Made by a program: the position numbers and the translations under genes. A stretch of DNA of 63,365 nucleotides, the filler included, from Octopus bimaculoides (taxonomy: Eukaryota), in NCBI RefSeq assembly GCF_001194135.2. It is 6 parts of 6 records of this genome, joined end to end, with 100 filler letters (N's around TTAATTAATTAA, not from the genome) between each part and the next. Parts side by side here need not be neighbours in the genome. Positions count along the whole stretch, not along the records: positions 37,094 to 56,106 come from NC_068988.1; 5 more parts are not named here. The stretch is one strand, 5' to 3'. How positions within the stretch are numbered: the stretch's first letter is position 1; each line of letters begins with the position of its first letter. Below the pieces are notes generated by a model. That model saw nothing but the letters and a program-made list of their open reading frames with translations, made no database searches and had not been told where the DNA came from. Below, in pieces: positions 42,396-54,400 of this stretch.

Positions 42396-45194
42396 CAAAG
42401 AACAGCTATGACAATAGACCCTTATATGAAGGTCCCAATAAAGGAACAGTAAAGAAAGCTGTGAGACTTGTAAAAACTTGGTAGAAACTAATTTCGAACA
42501 GTGACAGTGGACATGTGCCGGTAATTATGGTGCAGAAGGACAATGAAAATTGTTACGTTTCAAGAAATATTTTCTTATTAAAGAGAGGTATGACTGAGAC
42601 TGGGTGGTCATGTGTGGAGTACCGTTTTTTCCTCATATATCTTCATTTCTTTGGGGCTAGTCAACCACCGGTTCATATCTGTCTTCGGTTTACATGACAG
42701 GGGGAGATAATTGTCTTTCTCTTCTATTTTTCAGAGATGTTGTGGTGCATTCAAATATACTTTTGTATTTGTTTTAATTGCTGCTGTATTACTCATCTTG
42801 GGGTAAGGACTTTTCTATTAATATTATCTTTATTATTATTATTATTGTTTATAAAGAATAAAAAGTTTTGAATGGTACAACAATGCACTATAATACAAAA
42901 ATGGACTATATACCTGTTGTAATTTAGTTATCCATAGTCCAATGATATTTCGGAATACAATTCCTTCTTCAGATATTCTTAGATGGAGTTGCTGTTATAA
43001 TCGGTTTTCCAACGGCTTTTCTTTTTTCGGAAGCGTCTCAGCAGTGGTCCCACAAAGATCCTTCTGGAATTCTTCATGTGAAGTGCATGAGGTCAGCTAT
43101 GTCTCAATCTCGTGTGTGTTGGTACATCTGTAGCGCTGCTTCTACGAGATTGAGACATAGCCGACCTCACGCACTTCACATGAGGAATTCAAGAGACACG
43201 TGCTTGTGTTGTGTAAAAAGCACCCAGTACACTCTGGAAAGTGGTTGGTGTAGAGGAAGGGCACCCAAGCCAAAACAAACCACTGGAGCCTGGTGCCGCT
43301 CTCCAGCCTTGCTAACTCCTGTCAAACTGTCCAACCCATGCCAGCACGGAAAACAGACATTAAATGACGATGATGAATGAACATACATGTCATGTGAACA
43401 CATGACTGACCGAGCTATCCGATGTTGTTACACATCGCTGGTCACAATACGCTTTCTTGCATTGTTTTAGCCTTCAAATGACGCCACCCCGCTGGCTTGG
43501 GGAGCAAACCGACATTCCNNNNNNNNNNNNNNNNNNNNNNNNNNNNNNNNNNNNNNNNNNNNNNNNNNNNNNNNNNNNNNNNNNNNNNNNNNNNNNNNNN
43601 NNNNNNNNNNNNNNNNNNNNNNNNNNNNNNNNNNNNNNNNNNNNNNNNNNNNNNNNNNNNNNNNNNNNNNNNNNNNNNNNNNNNNNNNNNNNNNNNNNNN
43701 NNNNNNNNNNNNNNNNNNNNNNNNNNNNNNNNNNNNNNNNNNNNNNNNNNNNNNNNNNNNNNNNNNNNNNNNNNNNNNNNNNNNNNNNNNNNNNNNNNNN
43801 NNNNNNNNNNNNNNNNNNNNNNNNNNNNNNNNNNNNNNNNNNNNNNNNNNNNNNNNNNNNNNNNNNNNNNNNNNNNNNNNNNNNNNNNNNNNNNNNNNNN
43901 NNNNNNNNNNNNNNNNNNNNNNNNNNNNNNNNNNNNNNNNNNNNNNNNNNNNNNNNNNNNNNNNNNNNNNNNNNNNNNNNNNNNNNNNNNNNNNNNNNNN
44001 NNNNNNNNNNNNNNNNNNNNNNNNNNNNAAACCACTCTCCCCAACATTTTTGTGGCCTTGTGCTTGTATGAGAATAACAATAATAATTATAATTATTATT
44101 ATTACCTCTGCCTTAGCGAAGGTGGAGGCATTGTTTCCAGTCGTGTTTGTTTGTTTGTCATTGAACAAGATATTTCAAGAACCGCTGGATGGATGCGGTT
44201 GAAACTTCCAGGGATGTTTGGCCTCATGACTGGCAGGAACTGATTAGGTTTTGAGACCGATCCGATACTGGACAAGGATTCCGGATTATTTTTCCTGTTT
44301 TTTTACTTAATTTTTGAGAGCGGTCGGGTTCATTTTTAGTATTCTCATATGTGAGAGCAGTCGAGTTTATTTCAGTTACTTGCATTTTAAAAATCATCTC
44401 TGGCTAATCATTGTGAGGACATTGGTGTGGCATTGGCAGAGGTTTGCGCTCTCTGAGTGCTCTTGTTATTATTATTATTATTATTATTAAGGTGGTGAGC
44501 TGGGAGAATCATTAGCACACCAGACGAAATGCTTCTACGTTCTGAGTTCAAATTCCATCGAGGTCGCCTATAGTAGAAAGGGTTATTGTTATCATTATTA
44601 TTATGGTGGTGAGCCGGCAGAGTCATTACTGTACCAGGCAAAATGCTCAGTGACATTTCTTCAAACTTTACATTCTGAGATCAAATTCTGCCGAGGTCAA
44701 CTTTACCTTTCATCTTTCCAGAGTTGGTAAGATAAGTATCGGTTAAACACTGGGTGGGGGTCGATGTAATTGACTAGCTCCCTCTGCCAAAATTTTGTAT
44801 GTATGTGTGTGTATATGTTTGTGTGTCTGTGCTTGTCTCCCCAACATCGCCTGACAACCGGTGGTGGTGTGTTTATGTCCCCATAACTTAGTGGTTCGGC
44901 AAGAGAGACCGATAGAATAAGTACTAGGCTTACAAAGAATAAGTCCTGGGGTCGATTTGTTCGATTAAAGGCAGTACTCCAGCATGGCCGCAGTCAAATG
45001 ACTGAAACAAATAAAAAAATACATACATACATACACCTTTCCTCCCTTTCTGCTTCATTTTTTTTTTTGTTTTATTCTTTCATTTCAGGTGGAGAAGATG
45101 CTCTCTCCTTTTTAATCAGTAGTTTAAGTCTGTTGGGAATGTTGGCTATCATCACCTATACAGTAAGTTTTTTTCTTTTTCCCACCTTCCACTT

Positions 45195-45229
<35 letters not shown>

Positions 45230-47525
45230 ACTGTACATCTGCTCTCTTCACTAGAACTCTTTTGCATTAAAGGTAGAAAACCAGAGCCAACATTATTTGA
45301 ATTTACTCATCATCATTATTTAATGCTCACTTTTCCATGCTTCCATGAGTCAGATGGAGTTTGATGAGACAGATTTTGTTATTTTTTTTATGGCTGGATG
45401 CTGTTCCTGTCAACAATCCTCACTTGTTTCCCCATGGCCAGACATCTTTTTACAGAATATTGAAAATGAATGAAATTCATTTACAGCAATCACACAATCT
45501 CAAGACAGGGGAGACAAACATGCACACACTCACATTGTCTTCTGTCCCCTCTTTTATCCGTTTTCCAGCAAGCTGTGATGTACTCAAGCACTGTATACAG
45601 TAAACTAAAGTTCATCAGTGCTAGTGACTATCCATTGCAGAATCTTTTGAAGAACTGAAGAAGTCTTTCTGAAACTCAAAAGAACAGGTTAAGGTTGAAA
45701 ACTGTTCACCCTATTGTGCTATGTTCTTGGAATAGCAGGAATAGCCTAAATGTAATCTCTTCCAGATTCCTGTTTAAGTGATAATGAACAATACGCATAG
45801 GAAAAGAAGATAAAAACTAAAAGAAAACAGGTGTGGCTGTGTGGTAAGTAGCTTGCTTCCCAACCACATGGTTCTGGGTTCAGTCCCACTGCGTGGCACC
45901 TTGAGCAAGTGTCTTCTACTATAGCCTCGGGCCAACCAAAGCCTTGTGAGTGGATTTGGTAGACGGAAACTGAAAGAAGCCCATCGTAGATATATATATA
46001 TATATATATATATAAGTGTGCTGGGTGTTTTTATGTGCCAACACCAGTACTTTGTACGTGGCACCAGCAATAGTGTTTTTTTCTTTTTTGTGGCGCCAGA
46101 ATTGGTGCTTTTTACATGGTGCCAGCACCAGTGCTTTTTATGTAGGGCCCGAACAGGTGCTTTTTATGTGGTGCTAGAACGGGTGCTTACCACATGGCAC
46201 CAGAACAGGTGCTTTTTACGTGACGCCAGAATTGGTACTTTTTATGTTAATTATTTTAGCTCGACTTAGCATGGACACTCTCTTGTCCATAGAAAAATAT
46301 TGGTGATTTCAACTCAGCTTATATGGATACTCTCTTGGCATTCTTGCCAGCAAAAAAGCAGTTAACCAGTGATTGATCTGTTGAAAAACCTATCAACCTG
46401 TAATGTTATTGCTTACAGAAATCTGATGCTACAAAGTAAAATATAGACAAGTACAAGAAGTCATTATGTTGTTGTTCTATCTCTTTGTTATTTTTACAGG
46501 CTTATGGTATGTCTGCCATGCCAGTCCGGTTGATAAAGGGTTACCGTAATATTAGCAAGGACCGCCTTGCAGCAGAACAGATCAGAAGTGTCACTACCAA
46601 AAATATTGATGACATCAAAAGCAAAGTGAGTATTTAGACTTTTGGTTTCGCTATTTTGTTCTTCTAATCTCTCTGATAATCTCTGTAGATTTTAGACCCA
46701 TGTGATAAATTATTCACCACACCTACACCATTTTTACTATGTTCATGCCAACAAGGGTCCTTTGATGTGTTAGAAATAGCAGCTGGATATCCATCATGTC
46801 ACATCCTACTGTTTTATTTTAAAATAAAAAATGATGGAAGGACACATTGGTCAAACATCATCCTGGATCCTTTCTACATTACGTTTGTTAAAAAGAAAAA
46901 TATGGTTTGGTCACAGATGGAGTGTCTTTAATTATAGGCTTAGCTGGTCATTGCTGACCTGTGGCTAAACAATGACAAAAGCTGCTGTCTGATAACTTGA
47001 CTTCCATCTTTACTCATGAGATCTGTCTTTAATAACTTTCCTCCCCCTTTCCTTCACACTCCCTGCATCAAAGTTCTACCCCCTCTACTTTCCCCCACTT
47101 GCACTCTTTATGATAGCACTTCCACCTTCCTCAGATCCCCTCTGCCACCACCCTTGATCTTTATGCACTAAAACCCTTGACCCGAGATTTCATGACGGTA
47201 GACCCCGTCCTACACTCTCCGTGATCTTTGATACCCTTATACTTTTCGTATGATAATTAACTTAACCGTTTAGCATTTGAACCAGCCATATCCAGCCAAA
47301 ATATTCTACTTGTTTAATGTTGAAACTGGCCAGATTCAGCCTCTCACACCTACCCTACAATGTCATTCCAAAAATACACAATCTCATCATCGACATCTCA
47401 AAGCTACAAGATAATACCTGATTAATTCCAAACAATTTGAATGCTGAAGGGTTAATGTGCATGCTCCATTTTGTATAATAAATTCTCATTTCTTGTGTAA
47501 TAAAACCTTCTCTTTGATATCTTTG

Positions 47526-47572
<47 letters not shown>

Positions 47573-50500
47573 ATTCTTTTCACTCGTTCTCTCTCTGTCT
47601 TCTGCCGCCTCAGTATACAGGTCGAAGGTCAATGTCCTCTCGTGACCAAGCTCGTATATCCGAACTGGAGGAGAATCGTCGGTTTCTGGAGCGACAAGAT
47701 CGACACCTGGCCGAAGAACAGAACAGCTGCCTGAGGAAATGCCTCCTTGTTTTTCGACCCTTCGAGATCTTTGTAGGGGTTTTCTGCCTCTTGTTAACAT
47801 TGCTGATCTTCCTCTCTCTTCTGCTAACCAAGTACGTATGCGACAACAACTTCGTACATGTTTATTGATTTTCCTTCGGATTTATCTTCTAGCTTTTGCT
47901 TGTTTCCGTCGTTAGACTGTGGCCATGCTGGAGCACCACCGTGGAGGCTATTAGTCGATTGAATTGACGCCAGTACTTTTATTTTTTAAAACCTAACACT
48001 TATTCTGTCAGTCTTTCTTTGCCAAACTGCCAAGTCATGAGGACATAAACACACCAACACTGGTTGTCAGTTGGTGGTGGGGGAAAAACAGACACATACA
48101 CACTCACGCACATGCATACGTACACACACACATATGCATATGCACGCATGCACATACATAGACACACGTGTGTGCATGTATATATACAATGGGCTTCTTT
48201 CAGTTTCCATCTACCAAATCCATTCACAATGCTTTGGTTGGCCTGAAGCTATAAGTAGAAGACACTTGCCCAAGGTGCCATGCAGTGGGACTGAACCCAG
48301 AACCTTGTGGTTGTGAAGCAAGTTTCTTACCACACAGCCACTCCTGCACTTATAAAACTTTTTGTACCTTCATTTCCTTTCTTTATCTTTTTTTTCAAAA
48401 TCTGTTTTTGTGGAGTTAATTAGGAACACTAGCATGTCAGATTAATTAACCTTTTTTTTTTTAACAAGACACATTCTCTTTTTTTCTCATTTTGCCCCCA
48501 AATTAGTTTTGGATACCTTCAGAAATTGAAGATATATTAAAGTGACTTTATGTACAGGCAATGCTGTGTGGTTAAGACGTTCACTTCCTAACCACATGGT
48601 TTCAGGTTCAATCCCACTCGTAGTACCTTGGGCAAGTGCCTTCTACTAAAGCCCCACCCCACACACAAACACCTACTCTACAGTGTCATGCTAAAAACAA
48701 AGCAATCAAATCATCAAAATCTCAAAGCTATGAGATAATCCATGATTAATTCAAAACAATGTGAATAAATAAGGATTACATTTGACAAAGTAATCTGAAT
48801 GCAAAAGGGTTAATGAATAATTAATCCAATTAACATCTATTTTCATCTTTGATATACACCAAAGTATTTGTTGTTTTATAATTAGTTTCAATCATTTTTT
48901 TTTATTCTTCAGTATTGACAAAGCAATGAACAGCCTTGGTTACAAAATCGGTTATGCTCTTCCTAAAAGCACCTTGCCAAATCCTATTGATATGATTTTG
49001 GTTTTCAGCCAGAAGGTAAATGAAAGAATTCTTTCTTTCTTTCTTTCTATTTCAAGAAAAAGAAACAATTGCTAGTTCTAAACAGATAAGTAACATCTCT
49101 CTCTCTCTCTCTCTCCTGCATCATCATCATAAGTGTTCCTGTTCCATGATGGCATATGTCGGATGATTTGACCGAATCTGCTGGAAACTGTAGTTGTGGC
49201 TGATGCCAGCGCCGCCTGTCTGGCTCCCCATGCCAGTGGCACATAAAAAAGTACCATCCAAACGTGGTCGATGCCAGCCCCCTCTGGCTCCTGTACCAGT
49301 GGTACATAAAAAGCACCTACTACACTCTCAGAGTGGTTGGCGTTAGGAAGGGCATCCAGCTGTAGAAACTCTGCCAGATCAGATTGGGGCCTGGTGCAGC
49401 CTCCTGGCTTCCCAGACCCCAGTTAAACCGTCCAACCCATGCCAGCATAGAAAACGGACGTAAAACGATGATGATGAAGATGGTCGCCAGATCATGGGTT
49501 TGACTACTGGGTCAGGTGGCGTATTGTGTTCTTGAACAAAACACTTCATTTCACATTGCTCCAGTGCTGTATGAGGGCCAACATGCCATAGAATAGACCC
49601 AAAGTTTCCTCTGAGTGTCATAAAAAAAACAGGGGCAACTAAAAGAGGTTGAGTTAGGATTTGCACTCCGACCTCGTAAAGCACTCACCAGCAACGACTA
49701 CCCCCAAAACAAACCCATGGGTTCGAGAGTGCAAAGGTATCATCCACCAGGAATAGTAAGGAATGACCAATAAATGGTGGACGCAGCAACGTGCTGTTAC
49801 GGTGCATTCTCCCATACTACTACTACTGCTACTTGACAAGATATTTTGTGCGTCTTCTATAAAAGCTTAACAACATTAACATTTGTTGCAAATATTTAAC
49901 TCTAAAATTGAATATTTAATCACCCATGGATTATCCCTATCTCTGCACAAATACTCCTATAAACGCTGCTAACTCTTTTTTTCTTTTTATTTACAGGTTT
50001 ATCCCTTGGATTATATCATTATACTCCTTATCATCATTTATCTAGTCTTCTGTTCCATCTCTGGAATTCGGAATCTGGGTATTTGGTTCTTCTGTGTTAG
50101 GGTAAGTGTTCACTTGACCTTATTAGCAGTCCAGGCAAAATGCTTGGCGGCATTTTGTCTGTCTTTACGTTCTGAGTTCAAATTCTGTCAAAATCGATTT
50201 GGCCTTTCATCCTTTCGGGGGTTGATAAAATAAGTACCAGTCGAACACTGGGGGTCGATATAATCAACTCATCCCCACCCACCCCAAGCTGCCCTTGTGG
50301 AAAATCTGAAATAATAATAAGCCTCTAGGCTTGCCAGTCCTCAGTCAATCCGTCCAACCCATGCCAGCATGGACAGTGGATGTTAAAAGGTGATGGTGAT
50401 GAATTATAATAGTTATCTAACTAGGTACAGTAAAGTGTTCCCTGAGGGTCCATGTTGTGGTTGAGCATCCATATGCATTTGGAACATTTCTTGCAGGGCC

Positions 50501-51434
50501 CCCAAACATCCGTTATGGTGAAACGTGCAAAAGAACTCCACTATAAATTTGATTTTGTCCTTATTTTCCCCTCCATTTGCTCTGTTGCTCATAACTAGTA
50601 ATACGACTCTGTATACAAGTTGCTTAATAGAAATACAGTGAGCAGCCTGGATGATGACAATCTATGTGGAGCTCTAACCATAACATAAGCAGTTGTACAT
50701 CTATTTGTACACACAGTTATACTTTAATTATATTATGTGTGTGTGTGTGTCTGTGTGTGTTCAGTGGTCTGCTTTGATGCAGTATGCTTTACCAGGTATT
50801 TCAGACACGGTGTTTAGCTCAATATTCCACCCCTATTCTTGTGGTGCATTGTAACTGTATTATCCAAACAGGGGTAGTTTAGATTGTCATGTGTATGAGT
50901 CTTGAAATATTTGAAAAATAGCAGAAACCAATTACTGACATTCCAAATGCATTTAATACACATGTTACAAGTAGTCATGAAAGAAGTTGTTTTGTAACAA
51001 CTTGTAACTCTTCAGTCATTGCAAGTCAAATAATGACTGAAGAGAGTGGATATCTGCATAACAACTTGTTACATAACCATTTGAAATGTGCATGTTAAAT
51101 GTATTCGAGATACCAATAATTGGTTTCCTGTATTTATTTATATGTATAAATATATATATTTATATCTTTTATTTTTGTGCAGCTGTACAAGATTCGACCA
51201 TATCGAACCACCCCTCAAGGGATGCTGATGATGAATATGATATTGATGCTGATAGTCTTGGCCATTAATGTTATCCTTTTTGAATTGACTCCTCAGTATT
51301 CTTCATTTGGCAGTGAAGTTTATGTGGTGAGTAAACAGATAGCTTGTTTTTGTTCTCTTTGTTTAGTTTTATTCATTATGTTCTTTTTGCCTGCCATATT
51401 TTGTACGTTACTTGCATTCATATATATATATTTG

Positions 51435-51465
<31 letters not shown>

Positions 51466-54400
51466 TGGAAACCTAAACAATAAATTGAGCAATTAAATAA
51501 TTTAATCATTAAATGATAAATTCAAATTTTATTATTTTATACAAACATTTTTTGTGAAATATTTAAGAAGATATGTCCATCTGATGAAACCTCATTATAT
51601 TTAAACAGTATTTTATTATTCTTGCTATAATTTATGAGATGTGTCGTTTGTTTGTATAGAATAATAAAATTGAATTGAATTTATCATTTAATAATTAAAT
51701 CATTTAATTGTTCAATTTATTATTCTGGTTTCCATTTCTAATTTATATTTACATATTGATAAACTATGTTTATTTTATTTATTTACCTCTCTGTAACATT
51801 GTCATTGATATAGGTAAAAAAAAAAAGCCAGTAAATTCTTCAGATATTTAATATCCCTTAGGTGGTTATTTAACACCTAACTAAATTGTTATATATATAT
51901 ATAGCGTGGCCGTTTTCGTGCGGGTGACACGTAAAAGCACCCACTACACTCTCTGAGTGGTTGGCGTTAGGAAGGGCATCCAGCTGTAGAAACTCTGCCA
52001 AATTAGATTGGAGCCTGGTGTTGCCATCCGGTTTCACCAGTCCTCAGTCAAATCGTCCAACCCATGCTAGCATGGAAAGCGGACGTTAAACGATGATGAT
52101 GATGATGATATGTGTGATTTTATATTATTAATTCATCAATAATATATTTAGGAAATCAATATTGATTTCCTAAATATATTATTGGTGAATTAATAATATA
52201 AAATCACATATATACACATTTATTTGCTCAAGATAATTGAGCACTCAACATAAGTTCAATTATATATTCTTTTAGAATATTTCTTTTAGAATATTACTTA
52301 TAAAAGTTATATATATATATATATATACATACAGAGAGAGATTAGCAGAAGTAATAATGCTTTCTTNNNNNNNNNNGTAAAAAAAAAAAGCCAGTAAATT
52401 CTTCAGATATTTAATATCCCTTAGGTGGTTATTTAACACCTAACTAAATTGTTATATATATATATAGCGTGGCCGTTTTCGTGCGGGTGACACGTAAAAG
52501 CACCCACTACACTCTCTGAGTGGTTGGCGTTAGGAAGGGCATCCAGCTGTAGAAACTCTGCCAAATTAGATTGGAGCCTGGTGTTGCCATCCGGTTTCAC
52601 CAGTCCTCAGTCAAATCGTCCAACCCATGCTAGCATGGAAAGCGGACGTTAAACGATGATGATGATGATGATATGTGTGATTTTATATTATTAATTCATC
52701 AATAATATATTTAGGAAATCAATATTGATTTCCTAAATATATTATTGGTGAATTAATAATATAAAATCACATATATACACATTTATTTGCTCAAGATAAT
52801 TGAGCACTCAACATAAGTTCAATTATATATTCTTTTAGAATATTTCTTTTAGAATATTACTTATAAAAGTTATATATATATATATATATACATACAGAGA
52901 GAGATTAGCAGAAGTAATAATGCTTTCTTTATTTTATAATAATGAACTATCTGACCCATGTCACCCTGGAACATGGATATTAAGTGATGATTAATGTCCA
53001 TTTCTTTTTGTATTTATGAAGTGTATTTTGCTGATCATGCAAGGTTCATTCCCTTCTCTCCATTTTTCATTCTCTCAGAACACCACATACGTCCCTGTAG
53101 GCAACTCTTCTTCTACTCCTCCAGTTATGAGCTGTAATGTCGCTGCACCAGAAGGTAGGTCTATCTTAACTTACTGTTGCTTATTGGTTCCTTTTGTTAT
53201 CCCCCACCCACNNNNNNNNNNNNNNNNNNNNNNNNNNNNNNNNNNNNNNNNNNNNNNNNNNNNNNNNNNNNNNNNNNNNNNNNNNNNNNNNNNNNNNNNN
53301 NNNNNNNNNNNNNNNNNNNNNNNNNNNNNNNNNNNNNNNNNNNNNNNNNNNNNNNNNNNNNNNNNNNNNNNNNNNNNNNNNNNNNNNNNNNNNNNNNNNN
53401 NNNNNNNNNNNNNNNNNNNNNNNNNNNNNNNNNNNNNNNNNNNNNNNNNNNNNNNNNNNNNNNNNNNNNNNNNNNATCAACCCCGGTACTTATTCTATCG
53501 ATCTCTTTTGCTGAACTGCTGTGTTTGAGGGATATAAACACACCAACACTGGCTGTCAAACACACACACACACACACACACACACATTCATACATACAAT
53601 GAGCTTCTTTCAGTTTCCATTTAGGAGATCCACTCATAAGGCTTAGGAACCCAGGTGGAATAAAGTTAAACACAGGGACCCAGGTTGGAGAAGGTTAAGA
53701 ATGAATTTGCAAGTTATTATTCTTGTTACTATTGTTTGTATCATTATTCCTATGCTATTTGTTTTTGCAGATCTCTGCATAATGACAAGATTGGCAGTTC
53801 TACTCACCAAGTTCTTCTATTCCATGTGGTTTTTCGGTGCTGCTTATTATTGGTTCTCATGGGTTTTCCTTGCTGTAAGTTTTTTTTTTTTTTTAAATTC
53901 TCTTTTTCTATTTATTTCTTTTATACATAACTCTGATCAGGTGCCGTGCACTCACGACACTGTTGGAAGGCAGGTTTAGAGAGGGCGCAGGCCAAAACTG
54001 CTGGCCCTTCCCATCCTTTTGGTCAGTTGAAGCTTAGCCAGTGTCACATGACAGTTAGCTGGTGCTGGCTGCTAGAGCCTACTGATGAGTATTTAAAGGG
54101 AAATTTGGCAGGATTGTCATTCACCCACTGACATTCGTTGACGCTGCATCGAAGAAACCAAAGAACAAAAGGAAAAAAAGGAGAAAGAAAAACGCACTCA
54201 ACACCAGAGCTGAAGACACCTCCAAAAGAGCGGGGGAGGAGGTCGAAAGTGGTAGAGGAGTAGGGGCTGAAACTAGACATGGTCCCTCCTGATGTATTTA
54301 GTCACTGGATCCTATAAAGGAGCTGTTGAGGTTGCGAACCATGAAACCTGGTTGGAATTCCCCTTTCTATATATTTATCATCATTGGTTTGACATCCCTT

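Noticed and set aside
51814-52929. 553-bp tandem duplication (51814-52366 and 52377-52929)
   Set aside because: The copies look identical and are separated by exactly 10 N, typical of an unmerged contig overlap.
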